This document shows positions 1 to 13,021 of a stretch of DNA of 64,000 nt, one piece after another. Positions within the stretch are counted from its first letter, which is position 1, and each line of letters opens with the position of its first letter. The notes beneath the pieces are model-generated. The model did no database searches and had not been told where the DNA came from. It saw nothing but the letters and a program-made list of their open reading frames with translations. The translations under genes were made by a program, and so were the position numbers. This DNA comes from the human T2T-CHM13v2.0 reference genome, Homo sapiens, in NCBI RefSeq assembly GCF_009914755.1, contig NC_060929.1. One strand, written 5' to 3'.

Positions 1-156
1 TTCTCTGCCCATTCATAGCTGTTCCTTATATTCTAGAGATATTTAGTATTTGTTAGGGAAATTTAATCACAGAAAATGGGTCTTTTTATTTTTGATGTAA
101 CTATAGCAAAAGTCTCCTTGGCACTAACTACTCAGTCCTGTATGGCATTGGGAGGT

Positions 157-980
<824 letters not shown>

Positions 981-2009
981 CACAGTAGGATGCCAATTTT
1001 TTGTTGGATACCACATATTGATATCATGTGGTAGCTTAATCACCAAACATTGAAAGTAGTAAGGCAAAACAGAGCATAGCCTTCACTTTATAATGTCCTC
1101 ACAACTCTGTTTTCTATAGTAGCATCTGTGTATTTATCAAGAGAAACTACCATACATTTGTTATTGAAATCTTCTCATTGTCATATTTAGTTTCATAGCA
1201 GTGTGTTCTCTTGAAGCTCTTAGTGCTGCATACTGAAGTGATCATGACAGTGTGCTTTAAACATGTAGACAAGATTTTTATCTGCTATGGTGCAATACTG
1301 TACTGGGTTCTCACTGATAATCAGGTGTTTGTTGTCCTCTGTCAGTGAAAATGGGAATACAATTTACTTGATTCTTTTAAGATGTCTGTGATGCTAGGAC
1401 TCCCACATTTTCTAAGCAGTTGAACCATCTTTTTACAGAAGAATGTCCATATGTTTTTCTTCAGTATTACAGTCAGTCTTCTTTTCTCTATTGTCTTTTT
1501 TAGGATATCTTCTTAATATTACAATTCTGTTACTTAAATCTAATTCTTATGTGTAGAATTAGACTGCAGAAAATTGACTGTGTGTGTGTTTCCAAAGTCA
1601 GTATCTGCCTTGTCTTGCATAAATCTGAGAATTTCGTATTTTTGCAATTTTTGTTTCTAAACACTCTCATAGTTGTAATCTTCAGTTCCCCAGTATATAG
1701 ATAAGTAATTTACATGTACTGTGCTTTCATGATGACAAAAATGAAAGACTTTAAATTTGAATCAATATTCAACTGCGCCATATGTAGAAAAAGATAATAG
1801 CTGTGCTATTGAAAAAAAGAGGATGGTCATTCTAATTAATTGAACTTTCTAGTTAAAAGACTTCAAACATTAGGCATTATCCAGAGGATATAGTAAATGT
1901 TTTCTATTATGTCTGTGTTTTTTACACTATAGCAATATATGTTATGATGCCAGGATACTGCAGGAGAATAGCCAACACATTTATTGTAATTAATGTTTTT
2001 ATTCATTCA

Positions 2010-2220
2010 TACTTTCATTTACTTACTCGTTTAATAAACAGTTGTAGAATGTACCCTCTGTGCCAGATACGGCATGGTGTGCTGGTGAATATGAATAACA
2101 CATAATTCTTATACTTTAGAAACTCACAGTTTATTTAGAGAAAACAAACATAAAAAAATATTTATAGCATTTTACACAAAATAATGATCATAGAAGAATG
2201 TAAATGATATGGGAATAATT
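2010..2220 (-). mobile_element. L2 3' fragment
   Basis: ttcatttacttactcgtttaataaaca...tgtgccaga resembles the reverse complement of an L2 3' end. Confidence 0.5.
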
Positions 2221-2436
2221 TAAAACTTATTGTCAAACTTTTGATTTTATTAATTGGAAAACCATTTTTAAAAATTCTGTGGGACTCAAATATACTTATT
2301 TTACTAACTATAGGCTTAAAGAAAGAGAGAATATATTGTCACTCTAATATCAAAAAATATAAGCCATTTTAACACCCAAATCAGAGAAAGGACTTGATCT
2401 TAGATTAAAATATATTTCTTCCAAAGTAAAACCACT

Positions 2437-2980
2437 GTATTATTTCTATTAGCAACTCTGTTCATTTCTGCTTAACTAATTACCCCAAAACCTAGAGACA
2501 AACAGCAAAAATGTAGTCTCTCACAGTCTCTATAGTTCAAAAACTCATACACAGCTTAGCTGGGAGCCCCTGGCTGAGAGTCTTTCACAAGGCTGCAATT
2601 TAGGTGTCTGCTGAGGCTGCAGTTATTTCAAGACTAAATTGGAGGCAGATGTGCTTCCAGCCTCACTCGTGTGGCTGCTGGCAGGTCTCCGGTCCTCACT
2701 GGCTCTTGGCTGGGTGCCTCCCTCCATTCCTTCTTTTTTGTGCCTCCATATAGGGCAGAAGGCAGCAATGACAGCTGGTTTACCACAGATTGAGTAAGCA
2801 AGAGAGGGGTGAGCTAACTGGAAGACACAGTAGCTCATAACATAATCTCAGAAGCGGCAGCTCATTCGATACTTTTTTTCAGTATCCTGCTTAGAGATGC
2901 TAGGTGGACCAGCCTACAGTAAGATGATGAATATCAAGAAGTAGAGATCTGTAGATCATCTTAGAGGCTGCCTATCACAG
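2437..2980 (-). mobile_element. MLT1-type MaLR LTR
   Basis: Starts tgtatta and contains cttagctggg...tctttcacaaggctgcaat...gcttccagcctcactc. Ends ttagaggctgcctatcaca. Similar to the element at 157-980. Confidence 0.6.
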
Positions 2981-5064
2981 AAACATTACATCAATCTTTT
3001 TCGTGTTTTATTGCAACTTGTGTTGATGAATCTCTGTAATAAATAAAAGGAAGAACAAGAAAGGGAAGGCTTCTTGGAGGCAGTAACTGAGCAACATATT
3101 CCCCGACAAAAAAGGGTTGTTGAAGTAACTGTTACATAGAATATGAGCGAAAGCACCAGGTTAGAAATGGCCAGGTGTATCCTTTGGGATAGATGATAAG
3201 GAGCAGATACGGAGTCAAAGCTAATAGCACTGCAGAAGCAGGCAAGGGTCAGGTGCTGCAGAGCTGTACATGCCATACTGAGCAACTGGGCTTTATATTT
3301 TGCAGGAGGTAATTTAAAAGATACGTGGGGTTGGGATGATTAATGTTTTCTTGTCATCTTTATGAATATGATATTTGTGAAATTATTAGTAAATAGCAAG
3401 TTGCTTTCACAGGAAACATTAGTAGAGTTGAAGTTATATATATATATTTGTTGTTCAGGTGGCCTGAAAAAAGGATCTAACCACTAAATAGTTAATTAAT
3501 CTAGTTTAAAATTACTATTAGAATTTTAAAATAATGACAAATCAGAGTCATTTTTAAATAAATTTTGTGAGAAAAGCATATCATGTCTTTAAAATTTTTT
3601 TAGTCATCTTATAATAGTAAGTAATGTTTAAGCAGACAGAAGTAAAACATATATAAATGTTAAGCTTAGCCTCCCAATCGTTAGCAAAATTAATCTTCAT
3701 CTCTTCTGTTATGAGAATTCTTTATATGAAGTCTTAGTCATAATCAAGAAAGTTCAATCTTAGCAGGTCCCTTAACCTTAGAAGCACTGTCCCATGTTGT
3801 GGTTGATAATGTTTTCAAGGGGCAACAGATATCAGCGAAATGTCCCTCTTTTTAAAATGCCTGAGAAACTGTGTTTGAATCCAATGGTGATTCATTTTAT
3901 GGCTTCTTCAGTGACTTCATAAACTGTACATGTGTGCATCCCTATAAGCATGTGTATGTGTGTGCGTGCACACACACATACACATGTGCCCACACATATA
4001 AAGAAAAATACAAACCACTTTCAGGGCATAACCTCAAAATAGCTCAATACATCACTGGGAAGGTAGATTCTGACCTGCAAACCACCTTGCATTTTGCTAT
4101 AAATATGATCATATCACCTTCAAATGAATGCCCAGGGTTACTTCTGAATATGTTTCCAATATGTGATATAAAACTTTCGGCAAACAGTTTAAATATTAAT
4201 CCACACTTATAAATGTTTCTACTTCAATTGTTAATGTTTTCATCATATAACTAGTTTACTTTGTTTCGGATTTTGAGGGTGCAAAAATAAGACAACATTT
4301 CTTTTTTGAAATTCAGATGATCAGCTATAGCACTTATCTCATAATCAAGAAAATATCATCTTTCTGCTCTGGAATTTCCTCAGTCATAAAAAGATCAAGA
4401 ATTCCTGGGGGTATGCTCAAGTTAACTGGTCAATTCCTCGCTACAATTGCCTAGTAAGTTGAAAACTAGAAATTCTAACCAATCTGCTAGTTGATTCTGT
4501 TGTCTGCTGGTTGCTCGTGCCTCTGCTGATGAAGTGTCTCTGTAGAAAACCAATAGTTCATCATGGAATGAAGCTGACATGTAGGATCTAGAGGTGTCTG
4601 AGTTACGTTGCTCCTACTCAACTCTCATAGTTTCTCAGGGAGGAAAGAAGATGAGAATAACATCTCTCTCTCTCCAGGGAGATTAAGCACTTCAAGTCTA
4701 AACCCTCTTGGTAACAGCTCTAGCACACATTCTTAGCTATTTTTCAGTAGCATATGTACAGTGCAGAGGTAATTAGCTACAGCCACTCACTATTGCTTGA
4801 CTCAGACTCCATCATGCACCTCTAGAGCATCAGTTGTAAACTTACAGGCCCACGAACATAACAGATGCAAGAAGCAGGCCAGGTGAGGTCTGGTATAAAG
4901 TGAAGAGCTCTCGCCCCACCCTAGCTCCTTGTTATTGTGTGAGAATGAAGGCCCAAGTTACATGTTATTGGATTTTTTAAGAGAAACTAAACATTCTGAT
5001 TTTTATATAAAATCTTCTGTATTCAATGTTGACAGCTAACTTGTATATTTAAAAACCCAGTGGA

Positions 5065-5410
5065 GACCAGGTGTCGTGGTTCACACCTTTCATCCCAGCA
5101 CTTTAGGAGGCCACGATGGGAGAATTGTTTGAGCCCAGGGGTTTGAGGCCAGCCTTGGAAAAATAGTAAAACTCTGTCTCTCCAAAATTAAAAAAAAAAA
5201 AAAAAATAGCCAGGTGTGTTGGTGCATGCCTATAGTCCCAGCTACTTGGGAGGCTGAAGCAGGAGAATTACATGAGCCCAGGATGTTGAGGCTCTATTGA
5301 GCCATGATCACACCAATGCACTCTAGGTTGGGTGACAGAGCGAGGTCATCTCAAAAAAAAAAAAAAAAAAAAAGAAGAAAAGAAAAAATAAAGAAATAAA
5401 CAACAAACAA
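5065..5410 (+). mobile_element. AluJ-like SINE
   Basis: Dimeric Alu with ttgagcccagg (J-type) in both arms, A-rich linker and a long A-rich tail. Confidence 0.9.
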
Positions 5411-6847
5411 ATTCTATGGAGATGTGGCTAGGAAGGACTATTGGCTCCTTCAGCAGATTCTAGTGTTTTGTGTATCACCGCAACTGCCTTTCTGGGGTCT
5501 TGGGGTGCTTTCCAGACTCTATTCTCCTGCCCTGTTACAAGGTATTTTTATATCTGCTTCCCTTGCATAGTTGGCAGCAAGTAGCCAAAATCTGAGAATG
5601 GAAAGGAAAAAGAAAAAGGGTAGGAAAAAAGGTCTTGCTGGATTTACTTACCTATGAAATATTTATGTCTAGAACAGTGCTTGGCCCAACGTGCCCACTC
5701 ATCTGTGGCTTGTTTTTCACTTTCTTCATCATGTCATTAGAAGTCCAAAACAAAGATGTCATCAAGATCGCTGACTAGAGGCACCTAGCATGTGTCTCCT
5801 CTACAAAGAAGAACAAAAATAACAAGTATGAATAGATAACTGCAAGTTGAACAAAGTCTCTAGGGGAGAACAATGGAATTTAATGATGAAGTGACAAAGA
5901 CCCCCTGAGGCATGGAAACTCAGGATGGCAGCAAAAAGAGGGAAGCAAAGTACCTGGCCAGGATCTATTTAGAACCAAGCATTCCCAATGTGACAAATGG
6001 GTGAGTGGGAGATCCCCAGCCATTCACATCCCACCATGGAAGCCTGTAATTCTAGGCTGCAGAAGAGCCCTACTATCCTCACAGGCCCTGAGTCCAGTGG
6101 AGGGAGGTTCCTGGAGTCCAGGTGACTATATTACCGTAAAGATAGAATACACACTTGGCCCTCTTACTTCCTAGGACCCAGGATGCTGTAGTATAACACC
6201 ATTTTGAGGATGGAGCCCCTACCAGACAGCATCCTGCCCAGGGGGCCAATTACCCCTGCATCTGCACATCCTTGGGGCTCCACTGTTATCCCACCATACC
6301 CACACAGAAGACTGCAGGGCCACAGCTCCAGCTAGATTCAGTGGTGCAGCTGTGAACCAGGCTCTTAAGCCCATATAGTGCTCTGCATCCCAGATAACAG
6401 GTGGTCCAGCACAGCAGGGAGGATATCCTCAAGATAGAAGTTGTAGATGCACACATTCCACAGAACCTGAGAGCCAACAGCCTGGCATCTGACTCTGCTG
6501 GTGACCACACTACCTTCAGTAGTAGAACTACTTTACACCTGTGTTCCCACTTGGGGCCTGAGGATCAAGTCCATCTAGGTCCCACCAATGCTGCAGGTGA
6601 CCCTACCCATTCCAGGGGCAGAGCTGTCACATGCGTACCCCCCAGGGTCCCAAGGATTCACATACCCAGGGCCTGCTACAGACATTGACCCCACCTACCA
6701 CAGTGGCAGATTTGCTAATCATCATGCACTCTGCATGGAGCCCAAGGACTGGCCCACCCAAGGCCTGCTGTTGCTGGTAACCTTGTCCACTCCTGCGGCA
6801 GAGCTGCTAAATGCCTTCACAGTGGCTCAAGCCCACCTGCTGGTCTC

Positions 6848-7239
6848 TGTAAGTTTAGCTGAGAGTAAGGATGAGTAGACCCAAAGTCAGGCAAGCAAGT
6901 TTTACTAACCTGCCAGCCTGCTCCACAGTAGACAGAGGAGGCAGCCTGGCTTACAGGCTGCTGTGGGGTTTTATAGAGTAAGGGGCTAAGTTGGGGTGGG
7001 GGAAACTGAGTAGGATTGCAGGTGTTTCAACCATTTCCTGGAAATGTTTTTGCCTGCTCAGTTATGCAAGGTGGGCAGATGTGTTAACCGCATCCTGGAA
7101 CTGTTTACCAGTTCTACTGAAAGTCTTGCACAAGCGGCTGTAAAATAAGGCGGGCAGGGGTGGCGTTTGTAGTTGGTCACAAAGGACTGTATTGTCAGGG
7201 TCATGGAGTGAGGAGGAGGGGTAGCTTGCATCTCTAACA
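6848..7239 (-). repeat. 3' LTR of provirus
   Basis: - strand TGTTAGAGATGC...AAACTTACA; direct repeat of 14636-15017. TATA (CTATAAAA) present; poly(A) hexamer reads AGTAAA. Confidence 0.95.
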
Positions 7240-7252
7240 TTCCAGCCTTTAA
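7240..7252 (-). promoter_or_regulatory. Polypurine tract (imperfect)
   Basis: - strand AAAGGCTGGAA immediately precedes the TG of the 3' LTR. Confidence 0.7.
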
Positions 7253-7279
7253 TAGGTGATAAAGGAAGAGGGGCGAGGT

Positions 7280-9062
7280 TATCGTCTAACTGCTTCTAGC
7301 TGAAGAGGGGCGGCGTGCAAGGGGAAAGGCTAGGGAGGTTGGGGGATGGTTGTTCTTGAAGCTGCCGGTATTCCTGAAGAAACAGCATATCTCATACTGT
7401 CCCATGGGTGAAGGCTTTAATGAGGTTCTGTAAAACCTGGGTAAGGAGATGTTTGAAGCGGGGTCCAGAAGCTAAGAGAAGGATGGTTATAGCTGGGCCA
7501 AGGAAGAGTAGCAGCTAGGGAGCCCAAGAGCTAAGGAAGCATGAGATCCAGAGGGACCAGGTAGAAGATGTGCTTTTGTTTTTCCGTTTTCTGTTTTTTT
7601 TTTTTTTTTTTTTGGCTTGGTCTTTGAGTTTTTTGGCTGCATCTAGCACTAGGCCTGATTGAGATAAAAGCAGCACTGTTCATCTAGAAAGATGCAGAGC
7701 CCTCTTTTTTCAGCAGTGAGCATATTAAGGCCTCTGCGATTTTGAAGGACAACTGCTGCTAAGGAGTCTATTTGTGATTGGAGGGTTGAAACAATGTTAG
7801 CTAAGTCTTCTAAACTGTCTGTAAGATCTTGTGGGAAGGAACGATAGTAAGTGAGGGAAGTAGAAAGCCCGGTCACTCCGGTTCCAACTGCAGTAGTAAT
7901 TCCTAGCCCTGTTAGGAGGGGTATTAACTGAATGGCCCTGCGTTGGCACACTTGAGTTTTTACAGGGATTGGTAGGCTTTGGTTTCCAGGGACAATGTCG
8001 ATTTTGGGGCTCAGAAAAACTAGAGTACAGTTACCAGTCCAGTTGGTAGAGAAGTAGAGATAGAGGGAGGTACCGCACAGGAAGAATATGCCTTGGCTGG
8101 GTAAGCAGAATTGGCTGTGTATGTTAAAAAGGTGTGTAAGTTTGTGGTCTTTGTATATCCATGCTCCTAGGGTGCTTGCCAAGGCAGCTGCGGTGAGTGA
8201 CTGTAAAGGGGTATTAGGAGACAGTTGAGTTGAATCTGGATTTGTGTTTTCCCAGTGGAGGAGAAATTGTTTTGTATCTACCAGGAGTCTTTTGTTACCA
8301 TTTAATAAAGGTATTAGAAGACATTCATTTATGGTTGGGAGATGGGCCTCAGAGGGGGATGGAGTTCAGGGTTGAAGGGATAAGCAGGGTAAGTGCCTTC
8401 CATTGTAGTATCCTGAGTTGAAGTTTTGTAGTAGAGTGGTGTTAATTTTGGGGGGACCAGAAAAGCACATGGTAACCCGGAAAATGGGAAGGTTAGTATG
8501 GTCAATTGGGCCTTGGAGTTGCAGAGTGAAATTGCAGTGGTTTGAAGGTAGGTGTCCTAGGAGGTAACCTGAGAGTAGGTGGCATTGGATGCATAGAGGG
8601 GCTTGGGAAGTTAAGAAGGTGTTGGTGGTTTATAGGACTGAGGATAGGCTTGGTATGGTTGGTATTGGGGCTAGATTATCAAAATAGGGGCACATTAGCA
8701 GAACTGCTTGCCCTATTGTGGTGAGGGGTTTGTTTGTTTCGGCATAGGAATAGGAGAGACTTATTAAGGACTGTAAATCTGGGTATGGGTAGGGTCCGCT
8801 TAGCTCATAATGGGGGTGGAAAGTTATTCAAGTAAAAACCCAGTCACGGGTTGAAGCAGGAATTGTGGTGTAGGCTGTAGTTGATAGGTAAAAGCAAAGC
8901 CAGTAGTTATCAGCTAGGGTGGGCTTGGCCTATTGTAATAAGGCATGGGTAAGATTTGGGATTTTGTGAAGTTAATTAGGCGTTGGTGGAGGAAGGAGAG
9001 CTAGAGTGTGGGGGGAGTAGGAGGGGTAGACAAAGGGTAAGTAGAAAAGTAAATAAGTGCAT
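7280..9062 (-). pseudogene. env: Retroviral env pseudogene (gamma-type SU/TM)
   Basis: Signal-like MHLFTFLLTLCLPLLL from ATG at 9062. CXXC motif degraded to YWLC (~8894-8905). Furin site degraded to CQRR. Fusion peptide AIQLIPLL, ISD LQNRRGLNMLTAEKRGLC and CX6CC (CIFLDEQCC) in ORF 7649-8182. Multiple stops and frameshifts. Confidence 0.93.
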
Positions 9063-9236
9063 TTCATCTGGGGAAAAATCACACAAGGCACCTTGGAAGA
9101 GAAGGTCATTTATCCACTCTAAAAGAGAGTCAAAAGTGGGAGCTTGGGGATAAACCAAGAGCTATCTTGGCAAACGGAGGTGAGGAAGAGGGTAAAGCGG
9201 CAATATAGGCATGGGCAGAGCATTTAGAGGTGGTAG

Positions 9237-9413
9237 TTATTTGTTATAGACTGTGATTCCAATTATAAGGATAATTAACAGGCAAAGGGTTAGAGTGACT
9301 GAGGTTTTTTGCCTGATACTCCACTTGGAAGGTGCTACAGTATATAATCCTACTGCAAAGAGTATGGTTAGTATGCCCCTTATTGCAATGGTGGTATAGT
9401 GAAAGACTTCCAT
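9237..9413 (-). CDS. Putative 58-aa proviral accessory membrane protein (pol-env intergenic ORF)
   Basis: Hand translation ATG(9413)..TAA(9237): MEVFHYTTIAIRGILTILFAVGLYTVAPSKWSIRQKTSVTLTLCLLIILIIGITVYNK. Two hydrophobic stretches separated by a basic loop. The ORF is seen directly; coding function is inferred. Confidence 0.5.
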   Translation of the reverse strand: MEVFHYTTIAIRGILTILFAVGLYTVAPSKWSIRQKTSVTLTLCLLIILIIGITVYNK

Positions 9414-9483
9414 TAGAGAAGGTAGGGGTAGAAGTAGGGAAGATGTTAAACATTAAATAGGGTGTTGCTTATCTTTCATATCT

Positions 9484-12400
9484 TTAGGTAGAGAGGGGTT
9501 CTTCTGAAACAGGAGTGAGGCAAAGTCAGGTTGGTCCCAGAGGAGCGCTGAGGTATTTGCAAAGGACGATTGGCGGATCAGTTGTGAGTGAGTCAGCTGT
9601 AGGAGCCCTTTTTAATCTGGAAAGATGGTACCAAGAGTATGTCCTGGGAGTTTGGCTGCATTGGGGGTTGTGAGAATAACCTGGAAAGGGCCTTCCCACT
9701 TGGGCTTGAGATTTGTCGGGTTGAAGGTTTTTAGGAAAACATGTTCTCCTGTTAGGAGAGTCTGGTCGGTGGGGCCTTCGTGGGGTTTTGGGAGAGCTTG
9801 GTCTGCTTGTTCACGGAGGAGATGGCAGATAAGGGAGAGTGTGGGGAGGTATTCTCCTGAGAATCAGATGGGGACCTGTTTTGTAGGAGGGGCATCCATA
9901 CATTAATTCTAATGGGCTGAGGAAGGAGGGTGCCCTTGGACAGGCTCTAATGCAGACTAGAACTATGGGCAGAAGAGAAGTCCAGGGTTTCTGGACTTCA
10001 AGAGTGAGTTTGGTTAACTACGCTTTGATAATTCCATTTGCCCTTTCAACTTTTCCTGGTGGCTGGGGTCAGTATGGGATATGGAGGCACCACTAGACAC
10101 TTAGGGACTGAGAAATCTGTTGGGTAATTTGGGAGATGAAGCAAGGGCCATTGTCTGATTGTATGGAGTGAGGGAGACCAAATCTAGGGATAATTTCTGC
10201 TATAAGAATTTGGGTGACTACTGCAGCCTTTTCTGAAGAGGTTGGAAATGCTTCTACCCACCCAGAGAAGGTGTCTATAAGAGTAAGAAGAAATTTTGTT
10301 CTTTTGATGGGAGGCATGTGGGTGAAGTCTACCTGCCAGTCTTTCCCTGGGCTTGTTCCTCTGAGCTGATGTGTAGGGATGGAGGGAGAGTGGAGGGCCC
10401 CTTGGGAGGAAGTAACAGAGCATATACGACAGTTGGAGGTTATGTCTTTTAGTGAGGTGAATAAGTGGGGAGAGGAGAAATAAGGGCAAGGAGTAGGTAC
10501 AGGAAGTGTGCACTGATATGAAAGGATTGGTGCAGAGATGTTATAATTTCTTTGGTTTGCTCTTGGGGGAGGACAAGCTTTTGATTTTTGACTATCCAAT
10601 CCCCTTGGAGGGAGGCTCCTTGCTGTAGTAGCAAAGCTTTTTCAGTGGGAGAGTACTTGGGTTGGATTGCCAGGGTAATGAGGAGAGGGGCAGGGACAGA
10701 AGAAAAGGAGGCTTCTTTTGCTACCTCATCGGCCTTTCTGTTTCCTCTGGAGATCTCATCTGACCCTGTGTGATGCCCTCTACAGTGTATAACTCCCGTT
10801 TTAGCTGGGAGGTGTGCGGCCTGAAGGAGTTGGTAAATAAGGGGGCCGTTAGTGATGAGGGTTCCTTTGGCAGTAAGGAATCATCTCTCTTGCCAGATGG
10901 CGGCATGGGAATGAAGAATATGGTAGGTATATTTGCAGTCTGTGTAAGTGTTGACTTATTTGCCTTTGGAAAGGGTTAGGGCCCTGGTGAGAGCTATGAG
11001 TTCTGCTTTTTTGAGGCGGTTCCTGGGGGTAGGGGTTTGGCTTCAATTACTCGGTCAAGAGAAAGAACTGCATATCCAGCAATTTTGGGGGAGCCGGTGG
11101 GCCCAGAAGAGGAGCCATCTATGAATAGTTTGTCACTAGGGTTGGTGAGAGGCTTGGAGGAAATGTTTGGGAAATGGGGCTGTATGTGGTCCGGGATGTC
11201 AGTGCAAGAATGAGTAGGGGGAAGAGGATATGGGAAGTAAGGATGCTGGGTTGAGGGGAGCACTTTTGGCAAGGCTGAATTCTGGGTTTTTAATAAAGAG
11301 GGCATGGAGTGATTGAATTTAGGAAGGAGAGAGGGAGCTTAACACCCAAGAGGAGAGGAGATCCTGTAAATTCTGAGGACTGTGGACAGCGGTGTTTTGG
11401 CTGAATGTCAGTTTTTTGCTTTCCAGGGCTAAAATGGCTACTGCTGCCAATGCTCTAAGACAGGTTGACCACTCTTTGATGGTATTGTCTTATTGTTTAG
11501 AGAGATGCGCTACAGGGGCAAAGAAAGGAGCATCTCCTTTCTGTTGTCCTAAGACACTGAGGGCTATCCCCCAGCTTTCAGCGATATAGAGAATGAAAGG
11601 TTGGGAGATATCAGGTAAGGACAGGGCTGGTGTGGTGACAAGAGCAGTTTGGAGTTTATGGAAACTGAGAAGTATGTTATGTAAGGGGCTTAGGGGTTCA
11701 TTGAGGTGGCCTTTGGCTGCTTCATAGAGGGGATGAGCTAGGAGGGCAAAGTTGGGAATCCGTATCCTAAAGAAACCTGCCAGTCCTAAGGAAGAGAGAA
11801 TTTCATTTTTTGAGGAAGGTGGAGGCAGGCTGTCTATTAAGGCTGCCGGTGCTGGGGTCACGGCTCATGCCCCGAGGGAGAGTTGGACTCCCACGTGTGT
11901 TACTGTTGGGGTGGATAGTTGTGATTTGGAGAGGGAGACCCTATATCCTTTGCTAGCAAGAAAGTTTAGAAGGCTAATAGTGTGAGTTTGAGCATCTTCT
12001 AGGGAGGGGCTGCAAAGAAGGAGATCATCTATGTATTGAAGGAGACCACTGGGGGCAAGGTCCAAGGAGGTGAGGTCTTGGGCTAGAGCTTGTCTGAAGA
12101 AGTGAGGGCTGTCCCTGAAGCCCTGAGGGAGAACAGTCCATGTGAGTTGTTGCGATTGAAGGGTCTCAGGATCAGTCCAGGTGAAAGAAAAGAGGTTTTG
12201 GGAGTCAGGGTACAGGGGAATAGTGAAGAAGGCATCCTTTAGGTCAATGGCGGTGTAGTTGGTGGTATTGGAGGGAATAAGGGAGAGGAGTGTATAAGGA
12301 TTGGGAACTACTGGGCGAATGGGAAGGACTGCCTGATTGATAGCCCAGAGGTCTTGGACTAGTCGGTAAGAGCCATCTGACTTTTTAACAGGAAGGATGG

Positions 12401-12620
12401 GGGTGTTATATGGAGAGTGAGTTGGTCTAAGAAGACTGCATGAGCAGAGCTTGTTTATAATGGGTTGTAGGCCTTTTTGGTGGGTGAGAGAGATGGGGTA
12501 TTGGGGTACGTTGGGAAACTTGGAGGGGTCTTGGATTATGATGGGGTCATGGTGAGCAGCTAGGGATGGGGGTGTGGTGTCCCACACCACTGGGTTAATG
12601 AGTGAGGTGGGAAGTGGGTA
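9484..12620 (-). pseudogene. pol: Retroviral pol pseudogene (RT-RNase H-integrase)
   Basis: RT motifs LPQGFRDSP and YIDDLL (11865-12590). RNase H LFIDGSS (10994-11305). Integrase WQVDFTHMP and IQSDNGP (10093-10599), plus C-terminal WEGPF. Broken by frameshifts and stops. Confidence 0.95.
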
Positions 12621-13021
12621 CTGGGGAGAGGGGTCGGGTTTGGACTGATGGAAAGGAGCAGGAGGGACTCTGGTTGAGGGAGGCAGGAAAAGGTGATAGA
12701 AGCCTTAAATTTGGCTAAAAGATCTTGGCCTAGAATGGGGGTAAGGCAGCGAGGCATGATAAGTGTGATAAGGAAAGAGTGTGAGAAAATGGTATTAAAC
12801 AGGGAAAAAGACAGGGGTCCAGTGGCACACGGATTGGAGACAAGTCCATCAGCTCCCACAACTGAGACCTGAGAGGGATGAGTTGGTCCTGCAAATTCAG
12901 GTAAAGCTAAATAGGTGGCCCCAGTATTGATTAAAAAAGAGATAGGCTTACCTGCTACTAGTAGAATTACCCTGGGCTCTGATGCCATGATGGAGGAGGG
13001 GTTTGGTGTCCCTGGGCCATG
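12620..13021 (-). pseudogene. pro: Retroviral protease pseudogene
   Basis: SFLINTGATY (catalytic DTG changed to NTG) and ILGQDLL. Follows the gag stop in ED*HGPG context, typical of gamma-type read-through. Confidence 0.9.

Noticed and set aside
3949-3986. Perfect 16-bp inverted repeat catgtgtatgtgtgtg / cacacacatacacatg
   Set aside because: Common by-product of adjacent TG/CA microsatellites.
6500-6840. Spaced GC-rich repeats resembling an array
   Set aside because: Degenerate tandem subrepeats typical of old L1M 5'UTRs; not CRISPR-like, and the context is eukaryotic.
7649-8182. 177-aa env ORF as a domesticated syncytin/suppressyn-like gene
   Set aside because: Non-ATG start, no signal peptide, furin site and CXXC mutated, stop before the membrane anchor, and upstream SU broken.
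9244-9453. 69-aa ORF from the ORF track in the pol-env gap
   Set aside because: No recognisable composition or motif. It overlaps the 58-aa hydrophobic ORF in another frame, which is the better candidate; it may act only as a uORF.
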